Assembly (NCBI GenBank): GCA_963805855.1
Contig: CAWDVW010000005.1
Coordinates: forward strand, 160,001-224,000
Source: Candidatus Dadabacteria bacterium
GTDB taxonomy: Bacteria; Desulfobacterota_D; UBA1144; Nemesobacterales; CSP1-2
Length of the DNA stretch: 64,000 bases
Reading direction: 5' to 3'
In this document: positions 19,269 through 28,592 of the stretch, piece after piece
Layout: each line of letters starts with the position of its first letter
How positions within the stretch are numbered: the first letter of the stretch is position 1
The notes under the pieces: model-generated
Databases searched by the model: none
Seen by the model: only the letters and a program-made list of their open reading frames with translations
Told to the model about the DNA's origin: nothing
Made by a program: the position numbers and the translations under genes

Positions 19269-20183
19269 CTAAGAAGGAGAACCCTTGCCATTTATTTCAT
19301 TAACACTCCAGTCATAACCTAGATAAGAAATCTTGAAATTGTTTTTCAATAAGAAATTCCTCTGTGCTTCAGATTGAAGATACCTCAAAACAACATTAAG
19401 AACCGCTCTCTCTTTTTCATTCCTGTTACTGAACAATTCTGTATTTCCGTAATTTTTGATAAAGTCATCACCAAACCATTTAAAAATCTTTGAAACTTTA
19501 ACCTTATTTTTTTCCTCATCAATATAAACTCCCTTAACGGGGTCGTTTATGAAATCGATGGCTTGACTCTCAAGCTGTTCATAAACGATATCTGGTCTGT
19601 AAGCCTCGCTCCTTAAATTTGGGCATCCCTTCGAAGCGCAATTTATTGCAAAATGTATCCTGGGTTCATTAAACTGTTTCCTGAGTATTTTGTGCTCAAT
19701 CTCCTCCAGCGTGACCAACCTCCCGACCGCGCGGAATTTGAGATCAGACCAAACGCCCGGGATCTGAAGTATACTGTTACTGGGAACAAAAAGGCCTTTT
19801 ATAGTAAAACCCCTTTTTATAGGATAGTTGTCTATGATGGCTTTTATCGTAAATGCATTATAGGCATTTATCCAAAATGCCAATTTTTGCTCCACTGTCC
19901 AGTTTTCATAGCTTGTTTCGCTAACCGAGCCAAGATGTCTCAGATAGGCATCCAATTTGTCTGATGATTTTATGATTCCTTGATAATCAACCCTTGAATC
20001 ATGTACGTAACTCTTCAGTAATGAATCAAAATCCGAATGTGTATGATCAAACGAATCCGAAATTTCATCACTCAATTCGTTGTAAGTAAATGATGACGAA
20101 TCGCTATTTGACCTTATCACAATTGATAACATCGATATTGAGACTATCGTGCCAGTTGCAAGCTTAAACAAAATTGAATTCAT
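19269..20183 (-). CDS. DUF547 domain protein
   Basis: VDY, EQKLAFWINAYNA, IEH.ILR..F.EPRIHFAINCASKGCP.L, SKIFKWF..DF, YDWSVNE. Confidence 0.92.
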   Translation of the reverse strand: MNSILFKLATGTIVSISMLSIVIRSNSDSSSFTYNELSDEISDSFDHTHSDFDSLLKSYVHDSRVDYQGIIKSSDKLDAYLRHLGSVSETSYENWTVEQKLAFWINAYNAFTIKAIIDNYPIKRGFTIKGLFVPSNSILQIPGVWSDLKFRAVGRLVTLEEIEHKILRKQFNEPRIHFAINCASKGCPNLRSEAYRPDIVYEQLESQAIDFINDPVKGVYIDEEKNKVKVSKIFKWFGDDFIKNYGNTELFSNRNEKERAVLNVVLRYLQSEAQRNFLLKNNFKISYLGYDWSVNEINGKGSPS

Positions 20184-20589
20184 TTTATGAAATCTTTGAA
20201 CAACAGTTCAAATTCCTAGATTTATCTATTAGGATGTCTTTCATACGGATAGAGATTCAAAATTAGGGCTGGCTATGGTTGTTACATAATGAGGTTCTAT
20301 TCATGGAAACACCCCTGAAGTAGGCTTCGGGTTGTCTTCTTATAATAACTACGATGTAATAGGTCATTGCTGTAGATGTTAGATATGTCTTGGACAATAT
20401 CTTAGATCTTAAATGGGCATTCAAAAAATTGCCAAAATCAAATCCGGAAGCGTTAAAAAAAGTGACAATCATTACCGTCATCTCGAAGGAACAAAGTGAC
20501 TGAGAGAACTAATTAATTATAGCAATAGATATCTCGCATTCGCTCGATACGCAAGCGTTTTTTGTCAGCCCTCCTGAGCAAGTGGGTTG

Positions 20590-20613
20590 TTTCTTTGTAT
20601 CAAGACAAAGAAA
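20590..20613. repeat. REP-like palindrome TTTCTTTGTATCAAGACAAAGAAA
   Basis: Interrupted copies at 14846-14880 and 58946-59005. Confidence 0.65.
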
Positions 20614-20845
20614 ATAAAAAATTAAACAATGGATCCCCGATAACATTCGAGGATGACGGATGATCGTTATCTTTTTTTTATCCGTGCGGGGTTGGAACCC
20701 CGCTATCGTTATTGATGACGGCATTTATTATGGATAGTCCATAGGTTTTTATGTCATCGATTTCATTGAGTTGAGCCAACGGTTTGTGCTGAACCATGTC
20801 CTGAGGAAAATCAGGATCTATTAGCATAAGACAAATACTAATTAT

Positions 20846-22135
20846 TCACTCCCAATTCCCCATGTACTTATTTTCAAATGGACACCTGCCAAGCTTTATA
20901 TGTTCTTCAAATTCGTGCCTAAACTTTTTAACTGTCGATTCGATAGGCATCGCACATCCGTCGGCAAGTGCGCATATCGTCGTCCCCCGCATCTGTGAAC
21001 ATGCATCTAGCATTGTATCTATGTATTCATCCCTGCCCCTACCCTCTTCAATCTTTGTAAGCATTTTGTCAAGCCACCACGTCCCCTCCCTGCACTGGAC
21101 GCATTGTCCACATGACTCATCACGATAGAAATGAGCCAGATTCTGCGCAACCCTAACCATACAAGTCGACTCATCCATCACAGTAACGCCTGCCGTTCCC
21201 AGCATGGACCCTGCCTTCATCAATGAATCGAAATCCATAGGGATATCCATTTCATCGGCCGTAAGCACGGGAGCAGAGGAACCGCCAGGAGAAACGGCTT
21301 TTACCCGCTTCCCATTTATCGTACCACCACCATATTCAAATATTAATTCACGGAGCGGAATGCCAAGTGGGAGTTCGTATAGCCCAGGTCTTTTTATGCT
21401 GCCGCTGAGCCCGAAAATTTTTGTTCCGGTGTTTTTGGGTGTCCCGATGTTAGAAAACCAATCAGCCCCTCTGTTAATTATATGGGGCACGCAGGCAAGG
21501 GTTTCGACATTATTTACTATTGTTGGGCATCCGAAAAGCCCTATCTGTGCAGGAAAAGGGGGTTTAGGCCTGGGCTCACCGTTCTTGCCTTCAATTGATT
21601 CGAGGAGCCCCGTCTCTTCCCCGCATATGTATGCACCGGCGCCTCTGAATAAAACAACATCAAGATTAAACCCGGATCCGAGAATATTTTCCCCCAGATA
21701 TCTCTTCTCATAAGCCTCATTAATAGCCCTCTCTATTATACTGGCACCCCTGGGCATTTCACCACGGATATAGATGTAGCATTTATGAGAATTTATAGCG
21801 TAAGCGCAGATAATAATTCCCTCCAACATCTGATGAGGGTCCCTTTCAATTATTTCCCTGTCCTTGAAGCTGCCAGGTTCGCTTTCATCGGCATTGCAGC
21901 ACAGGTAAATCGGTTGATTTGTATCCCGAGGTATAAAACTCCATTTGATACCGGTCGGGAACCCTGCACCCCCTCTCCCGCGAAGACCTGAATTTTTCAC
22001 CTCATTAATGATTTCTAGGGGATCCGTTTTAAGAGCCTTTTCAAGCGCCTTATATCCTCCGGCAGCCATGTAAGACTCGATCGACGCTGATTCTGTTCTA
22101 TCAACGTAGTTACGGATAATCCTCATTTCAGGCAT
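20846..22135 (-). CDS. nuoF: NADH-quinone oxidoreductase subunit F
   Basis: GLRGRGGAGFPTG.KW, NADESEPG..KDR, GAGAYICGEETGLLES.EG, ESCGQC..CREG, TICALADG. Confidence 0.95.
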   Translation of the reverse strand: MPEMRIIRNYVDRTESASIESYMAAGGYKALEKALKTDPLEIINEVKNSGLRGRGGAGFPTGIKWSFIPRDTNQPIYLCCNADESEPGSFKDREIIERDPHQMLEGIIICAYAINSHKCYIYIRGEMPRGASIIERAINEAYEKRYLGENILGSGFNLDVVLFRGAGAYICGEETGLLESIEGKNGEPRPKPPFPAQIGLFGCPTIVNNVETLACVPHIINRGADWFSNIGTPKNTGTKIFGLSGSIKRPGLYELPLGIPLRELIFEYGGGTINGKRVKAVSPGGSSAPVLTADEMDIPMDFDSLMKAGSMLGTAGVTVMDESTCMVRVAQNLAHFYRDESCGQCVQCREGTWWLDKMLTKIEEGRGRDEYIDTMLDACSQMRGTTICALADGCAMPIESTVKKFRHEFEEHIKLGRCPFENKYMGNWE

Positions 22136-22271
22136 GACAGGTTACCTAGACAATAGATTAAAACTCAAAGTTATTTTATATGTTTTACAGCCACTGGCAA
22201 GCTGAACAAGCCACAATCAATTTAATACCTGACGGATAAGAAGTGATTAATCGAATGTTTAGGGTTTCTCA

Positions 22272-23462
22272 TCAAAGAAATTTATCTACTGCGTATTTGG
22301 CGAATGCCATGGACGATGTAAATGCAGGGGATATCGCATTTAAGACATGTAGCGAATCACCTTCACTTATCAATACGAAATCCATGACCAGCTTTTTTGT
22401 AGGCCAGTGTACGAGTTGAGGGCGAATACCTATCTTGTCGGTGTCTTCAAGGTCTGTAATCTCAAGCTCAGTCAAAAGCTGTTTTGCTTCCTCGAAAAAG
22501 AATCGCATTGAGTATTTCTTAACTTCTGTCATTGCAGTGGATCGAAAGGCTTCATTTTCGAAGAAGAGGATCCCATCCCGGAATAAAATAGGAATCATTT
22601 CGAGTGATATATTTTCTAAGAAACCGTAATTCTCCCTGCCGAGAGCGGGAATAGCCGTCGGACCGGCATATACCTCTCCCATTACACTCCGGGTAAAGTG
22701 AATACCAAGAAAGGTATTCCTAAGATCGGGTACCGGGTATATATTACCCCTAACTAGATATGAACGCTCTTTCCGGATTTTCTTGTACGTTCCCTTAAAC
22801 GGGAGGATTTTGAAATCCCTGCCCACTCCGAACTGATACGCAACCCTGTCGGCAAACGCTCCCGAGGTATTCACAACCTTATGAAATTCTATTGCACCTT
22901 GGGAGGTTAGCGCTATTTTGTCGCCCTTTAGTTTCAAAAAGGACGTCTCGTAATATATTTTGACCTTACCGGATTTCAAGAGTTCGTCTTTGATCGAATT
23001 CAATATCTCATTTGGGTCAATCACTGCAGTGTCCGGTGAATATAGAGCCTTTTCGCAGGTCGACGCAAACGGTTCAATCTCAGAAAGCTCCTTCGTGTCT
23101 ATAATAGACGACCTTACCCCATTTTGAATTGCCCTCTCATGCAGCTCAAGGAGTCTTTCTAATTCACGGGAGTCCTTCGTAACTATAACCTTTCCTGTTT
23201 CTTTCAGAGTCAATCCGTTTTCACGACAATACCCCTTCATAAGGGCGTTGCCTTTTACACAGAACTGTGCCCTAAAAGAATCCGGAGTGTAATAAATACC
23301 GGCGTGCAGTACCCCACTATTTCTACCACTTGCATGGGCGCCCAGACACCGCTCCTTTTCAATCACCAGAATTTCTTCAATCCCTCTTGTAAGCATTTCT
23401 CGCGCGATTGTGAGACCAGTTATACCGGCGCCTATTATAAGAACTTCACAAGTTTTATCCAT
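22272..23462 (-). CDS. lhgO: L-2-hydroxyglutarate oxidase family FAD oxidoreductase
   Basis: GAGITG, HASGRNSGVLHAGIYY, IYPVPDL..FLGIHFT, GIRPQL, LNAISPAFTSS. Confidence 0.9.
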   Translation of the reverse strand: MDKTCEVLIIGAGITGLTIAREMLTRGIEEILVIEKERCLGAHASGRNSGVLHAGIYYTPDSFRAQFCVKGNALMKGYCRENGLTLKETGKVIVTKDSRELERLLELHERAIQNGVRSSIIDTKELSEIEPFASTCEKALYSPDTAVIDPNEILNSIKDELLKSGKVKIYYETSFLKLKGDKIALTSQGAIEFHKVVNTSGAFADRVAYQFGVGRDFKILPFKGTYKKIRKERSYLVRGNIYPVPDLRNTFLGIHFTRSVMGEVYAGPTAIPALGRENYGFLENISLEMIPILFRDGILFFENEAFRSTAMTEVKKYSMRFFFEEAKQLLTELEITDLEDTDKIGIRPQLVHWPTKKLVMDFVLISEGDSLHVLNAISPAFTSSMAFAKYAVDKFL

Positions 23463-23771
23463 TTAAATAATTAAGCTCAAACTAATCGTCCACAAAAGGC
23501 TATCCCACCCAGTTCGGAGGTTAAACGTAAATAATCTGGAATGATGAGTTATCAACCTCCATGATAAAAATCCGTGCACCTGGCTGCATGCAAGGCTCGA
23601 GCCATAACATAGAATTAATCCTTCCTAACAGGTCTTATTCCGATGAAAATCGAATATTCACTAATTTGCTTTACTACTCATATCTATTTGATTTTTAAGA
23701 CGAAATTTGACCAAAGGGTTAGATTATGATAACATTGTTTATCTCAGATTCCAGCGCCGAGGAAGGAAATC

Positions 23772-24266
23772 GTGTTTAAAAAAGGTGCCAAAGCAGTCTA
23801 CCCAGCTCATGGCGTTGTCAGGATCAAAGGAATTGAAGTCAAAGAAATCTGTGGGACAAGAAAGGCGTTTTATATATTACACGTAGTCGAAAACGATGTA
23901 ACTGTAATGGTTCCCACCGACAATGCAGAATCAGTTGGACTAAGACCAATCATAAGGAAAAACCAGATTCCTAAAATCTACGGGATCCTTAGCGGCAAAA
24001 ATAAGGCATTCAACGCGTCAAATGGTTATCAAAGCTGGAATAAGAGATACCGGGAGTATGCCGAAAAATTAAAAAGTGGAAATATCGTGGAGGTAGCTAG
24101 GGTTCTAAAAAATATCAACCTTCTTCAGAGCGAAAAAGAGCTGTCGTTCGGTGAACGACGGATAATGGATTCAGCTAGGTCACTTTTAGTAAAAGAAATT
24201 TCTATATCCAAAAGTATAGATGAAGAATTCGTCGCCGAAGAAATTGATAAGCTACTTGCCTCTTAG
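23772..24266 (+). CDS. carD: CarD family transcriptional regulator
   Basis: F..G..VYPAHGV..I..I, VMVP.DNA..VGLR, WNKRYRE..EKLKSG, KELSFGERR. Confidence 0.92.
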   Translation: MFKKGAKAVYPAHGVVRIKGIEVKEICGTRKAFYILHVVENDVTVMVPTDNAESVGLRPIIRKNQIPKIYGILSGKNKAFNASNGYQSWNKRYREYAEKLKSGNIVEVARVLKNINLLQSEKELSFGERRIMDSARSLLVKEISISKSIDEEFVAEEIDKLLAS

Positions 24267-24299
24267 CTTAGCACAGCTTATACTTTTCTCCCTCGAAAT

Positions 24300-25172
24300 A
24301 TGTCAGAAGCTTTGATAGACGTAAACGCCTCCTTGCGGCTAAGAGGGTTTTCATTCCGAATATTCCCCAGAATTAAAGGATTCAGATCAGGCATTCATAA
24401 AAGCGTCTATAAGGGAATAAGCCCTGATTTCGTTGAGTATAAGGAATACTCCCAGGGAGATGATCTAAGGCATATAGATTGGCGCCTCTATGGAAGGCTC
24501 GATCGCTTTTACGTGAGAAAATTTGAAGATGAAGTGAATCTAAACTGGTGGATCCTCATCGATGCGAGTGGGTCGATGGGCTACATTTCAAGAGAATCCA
24601 GTAAGCTTGACTACGCAAAAAGACTGGCAGCCACCTTAACATACCTGCTGATTAAGCAGGGAGATGCCGTTGGTATTGTAGATTTCTGTGATGACAACAT
24701 TGCAATACTACCCCCTAGATCGGGAAATCCGGCACTAAATTCCATATTGACCAGGCTAGATTCCTTAAAGGCTTCTGGGAAGGCAGATATCAAAGAACCT
24801 ATAAACAGGGCAATAGAAAAAACCAGGGCTGACTCATGCCTTGTAATAATCTCGGACTTGCTCATCGACTTGAACTTAATAGAAGAATCGCTAAAGCTCT
24901 TGCGCTCTTCGAATAAAGAAGCGATCTTCTTTCACATCCTCGACAGGGACGAAATCGAATTTGAATTTGATGGGTCGATTGAGTTTGAAGATATGGAAGA
25001 TGAAACAAAAATCCTTGTTGATGCAGGAAACATTAGGAAAACTTATAGGAACAGGGTTCAAGCTTTCATAGATAGAGTAAAACAAATATGCCATGAAAAC
25101 GAATCGAGGTATGTTCTGTCTCCGACTTACTCCCCCATCGAGGAAGTTCTTATGCAAATCGCCCAAAAATAG
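24300..25172 (+). CDS. DUF58 domain protein
   Basis: GIHKS..KG.S.DFVEYKEY..GDDLRHIDW....R.DR.YVRKFE.E, IDASGSM. Confidence 0.92.
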   Translation: MSEALIDVNASLRLRGFSFRIFPRIKGFRSGIHKSVYKGISPDFVEYKEYSQGDDLRHIDWRLYGRLDRFYVRKFEDEVNLNWWILIDASGSMGYISRESSKLDYAKRLAATLTYLLIKQGDAVGIVDFCDDNIAILPPRSGNPALNSILTRLDSLKASGKADIKEPINRAIEKTRADSCLVIISDLLIDLNLIEESLKLLRSSNKEAIFFHILDRDEIEFEFDGSIEFEDMEDETKILVDAGNIRKTYRNRVQAFIDRVKQICHENESRYVLSPTYSPIEEVLMQIAQK

Positions 25173-25182
25173 GGAGGAGTAA

Positions 25183-27159
25183 TTGAATTTCTCCCTATTA
25201 AACCCTTACTTCCTTATCGGGCTTGGCGCCGTATTATTACCGGTAATTGCACACCTAATTTCAAAGAAGTCCGGAACCAAGAAAAGATTTGCAGCGCTTA
25301 CCTTTCTCCTTGCTTCTCAGGGAGAAACCGCAAGAAGATCAAACGTCAAAGATTTATTCTTGCTGCTTTTGAGATCTCTGATAATAGTTCTTTTAGTTAT
25401 CGTATTTGCGAAGCCCGCCATTTTTTCTTTCACAAGGCTTGGTGCGCATGATGCCGGGTCCATAGCCTTTATAATCGATAATTCATTTAGCATGGGCTAC
25501 AGCAACAATTTTGGCACTGCAAAAAACAAGGCAAAGGAGCTGATAGAATCCCTACCCGATGGAAGTTTCGCCACAGTCCTACCACTCGTCCAAACCGGGA
25601 AATCAAAACTTGGCGTGACCCAGGATAAAAGGAAAATGAAACGAGACCTAAAAAGCATAGAGCTATCCAATTCCTACACTGACAATGAACGGAGAATTGA
25701 GGAAGCCTTCGGTCTTTTGCAAAACACGCCTAATCAAAGGAAAGAGGTCTTATTCTTCACTGACCTTCAAAAAAATGGCTGGACAAACGAGGATATTCAC
25801 AGGGATTGGTTGACGTTGATAGACGTTTCCGAAGCCGAAGTTTTACACAACAATGCAGTAACAGACTTTAACATAAAGGAAACCGAGGAGCTGATCAGAA
25901 GCGATGTGGCAGTCACAAATTTTCAAGATACCGAATCGGGGAAAATCCTTGCAAGTATTTTCATAAACGACAATGAATTACGCGGATTTTTTCAGATCGA
26001 GCCAGAATCCACGCAGCAGAAACAGTTCAGTTATCACAAATCGCAAATTCCCGCAGGAGAAATTATATCAAGAGTAGAGATTACTCCTGACAATCTTGAA
26101 GTGGATAATAAAAGGTACTTCGTTTTACCCAGGGAAGAAGGTATGCGGGTTTTAATCGTTGACGGGGATCCAAGGGAAATTGCGAGGCTCAGTGAAAGTT
26201 TTTACATAAATGGAGCCCTCGAAACACTCTCAGAGGTTCTAACCCTAAACTTACAATTAAAGGATAATGACTCATTTATATCTGAAGACCTGGAGAATTA
26301 CGATCTAATTTTTATGGCAAATGTTGGAGACATCACCCCCAATAAGTCCGAAGAAATTAAGAAGTTTATAAAAAACGGCGGCACTCTGATAATTTTTCTC
26401 GGTAATAGAATCAGAAGCAACGTTTATAACAAGCTTCTGTATGATGTCCTGCCAGCAGAAATTGGCTCAACAACTGAAGGTGAATTTACATTAGTTCCGG
26501 AAAATTTCTATCTAGAGCTCGTAAAAAACAAAGATAGATTGAAAGGCGTAAATGTAAATAAACTTTATAGCCTGATCCCTACCGAAAAGTCACATATTAT
26601 CATAAGCGCTTCGAACAAATTTCCTTTCATGATAAAGAATGACGTGGCGAAAGGAACCGTAATTTTGTTTGCCTCAACGGCGGATCTGAGCTGGAATAAC
26701 CTTTCGTTATCCCCTCTTTATCTCCCCATCATCAAGAAATTATTTGACCTTCCTGTCTCAAAGAAATCTCTCGATAGAAACATATCAGTTGGTGATGAAC
26801 TTACGATTGAGATTGGAGATGATTTAGACGAAGTCACAGTAATAGATCCGTTGGGAAAGAAATACAATATTAATAGAGAAAATACGAAATTCTTAAATAC
26901 TTATGTCCCCGGAATTTACAAGGTCGAAAACGAAGGGAACACTCTGTACAGCTTTGCGGTAAATATCGACCCAGTTGAATCAAACCTCGAGAAGACCTCA
27001 ACCAATTCCTACTCCTCACCGAATTACCCCGAGTCTCGAGGAGCCAAAGTCTATAAAGAGATTTGGCTCTATTTTTTATGGGCCGCGCTTGCATTGTTCG
27101 TCACCGAGTCTCTTTTTAGAACCAGAACAGTAAAGTCTTTCCTTAGCCTACTAAGCTAA
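25183..27159 (+). CDS. BatA N-terminal + vWA domain membrane protein
   Basis: LNPYFLIGL.AVLLPVIAHL, LLLLRSL....FAKP, IDNSFSM, FTDLQ, C-terminal NIDP.ES.L and a TM helix. Confidence 0.88.
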   Translation: MNFSLLNPYFLIGLGAVLLPVIAHLISKKSGTKKRFAALTFLLASQGETARRSNVKDLFLLLLRSLIIVLLVIVFAKPAIFSFTRLGAHDAGSIAFIIDNSFSMGYSNNFGTAKNKAKELIESLPDGSFATVLPLVQTGKSKLGVTQDKRKMKRDLKSIELSNSYTDNERRIEEAFGLLQNTPNQRKEVLFFTDLQKNGWTNEDIHRDWLTLIDVSEAEVLHNNAVTDFNIKETEELIRSDVAVTNFQDTESGKILASIFINDNELRGFFQIEPESTQQKQFSYHKSQIPAGEIISRVEITPDNLEVDNKRYFVLPREEGMRVLIVDGDPREIARLSESFYINGALETLSEVLTLNLQLKDNDSFISEDLENYDLIFMANVGDITPNKSEEIKKFIKNGGTLIIFLGNRIRSNVYNKLLYDVLPAEIGSTTEGEFTLVPENFYLELVKNKDRLKGVNVNKLYSLIPTEKSHIIISASNKFPFMIKNDVAKGTVILFASTADLSWNNLSLSPLYLPIIKKLFDLPVSKKSLDRNISVGDELTIEIGDDLDEVTVIDPLGKKYNINRENTKFLNTYVPGIYKVENEGNTLYSFAVNIDPVESNLEKTSTNSYSSPNYPESRGAKVYKEIWLYFLWAALALFVTESLFRTRTVKSFLSLLS

Positions 27160-28552
27160 TCCCATCTATCCTTTCCGGTATTTGATGTCCCATGAGGTGA
27201 AGTATGGTTGGATACAAATCAACGGTTCTTGCATATTCTTTATTGATTTTGAAGTTTACTGCGAGTGGAACATGCATATGTTCACTAGACAATGAGCCAT
27301 GCGAAGATCGGTGTTCCGGCTTTTCATGCTTTGCCCTAAGATCGTAACCTGGCTTTGCACTCACCAGCAAATCCCCAGACCGCGGCGATTCCAGGAGTTG
27401 AATTATCTGAAGAATCCCGTCTGGATATTCGGTATTAAAGGTACTCTTCAGGGCTTCATCTATGCTCATCTTGTTTGGTAAGGATCTGTATCCAAATGGA
27501 TCATCCGAGATTCCGTCATACCTCAATAACCCTTCCTCATCCAACCACGAAACTGCTTCTCCTCTTTCGCTCTTTATTCTTACCCTGCCCTCATCATCAA
27601 TCCCAGCTATCAGGTCCACCTCAGGCCTTTCGAGAAAACTGTCTACCAGGCCAGCAAGTTCTTGAAACGTGCCTCTATGTTCCCAACCCTTCGGACTTCT
27701 CACGTATATATGGGTCATTGCATTACCCGATATCATGTTCGCAGCGTCGGCGTTTCTATAAAATCTGAAAATGTTTGGATAATGTAACGTCTTATAACCG
27801 AGGCGATTCATAAATTCTACAGAATCGAAATGTGAATGCGTGATGGAAAGCCCGTGATCACTTGCGATGATCAGTATCGTTTCTTCCAATCTGCCTTCTT
27901 TTTCCAATATCCTTCCGAGAGACCCCACCGTTTCATCGATCCTCAGATACGAATCTATTACTTTCTTATGAAATGGATGATTACAATGTGAGTAAGTATC
28001 AATACTAAGAAATACGACGTATGCAAACTGCGGATTTTCAGCCATAGAATCTAAAAGAATCCTTCCGGCAGCTAAGTCAACTTCGTCAGTCCGGTTTGTG
28101 AAGTGGCTTTTCATTTTATAGTAAATTTTTAGAAGCTTGGTTTTATCACCATTAAAACCGACCCCTCTGTTAAGCTCGTTCAAAATACTAATCGCATTCG
28201 GAAAAACCTCGAAAAGAGTAGGCGTGTCTTTAGAAATATCGCCATTCATCAGAAAAGTTCCAATCCCAACATAACTCCTAAAACGGCGGAGAGAAAACAA
28301 CTTGCCTGAATAACTTTGCCTATCGAACCATCTTATACCCGGAAGATTACATCGTCCTGGGAATTTCCCCAAGATAAATGGAGCATATGCCGGCCCTGTC
28401 GTAGATGGAAACACAGAAACTGCCCTGGTGTGTGTTCCCTTTTCCACAACGTACTTCGCGATGTTTGGAAGTCTTCCGCTAATCAGTAGATCTTCAAACA
28501 CATCGGCTCTGGCGCCGTCGGCCATGATAAATATGCAACTCTTGTACTCCAT
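27143..28552 (-). CDS. Alkaline phosphatase superfamily / nucleotide pyrophosphatase-phosphodiesterase
   Basis: ADGAR, SVFPSTTGPA, DTYSH, ASDHG, SHGSL..EHMHVP, RTVDLYPT. Confidence 0.9.
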   Translation of the reverse strand: MEYKSCIFIMADGARADVFEDLLISGRLPNIAKYVVEKGTHTRAVSVFPSTTGPAYAPFILGKFPGRCNLPGIRWFDRQSYSGKLFSLRRFRSYVGIGTFLMNGDISKDTPTLFEVFPNAISILNELNRGVGFNGDKTKLLKIYYKMKSHFTNRTDEVDLAAGRILLDSMAENPQFAYVVFLSIDTYSHCNHPFHKKVIDSYLRIDETVGSLGRILEKEGRLEETILIIASDHGLSITHSHFDSVEFMNRLGYKTLHYPNIFRFYRNADAANMISGNAMTHIYVRSPKGWEHRGTFQELAGLVDSFLERPEVDLIAGIDDEGRVRIKSERGEAVSWLDEEGLLRYDGISDDPFGYRSLPNKMSIDEALKSTFNTEYPDGILQIIQLLESPRSGDLLVSAKPGYDLRAKHEKPEHRSSHGSLSSEHMHVPLAVNFKINKEYARTVDLYPTILHLMGHQIPERIDGISLVG

Positions 28553-28592
28553 AATTTAAGCCTCGATCTTTAAGAATCTACTAAACGCCTTG

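Noticed and set aside
23530-23605. Second RAYT relic (MARALHAARCTDFYH, minus strand)
   Set aside because: Similarity is too short and weak, and there are no flanking inverted GGGGTCAG ends.
24300-27159. Novel system from DUF58 + BatA/vWA lacking MoxR
   Set aside because: A common module; the AAA ATPase can be encoded elsewhere.
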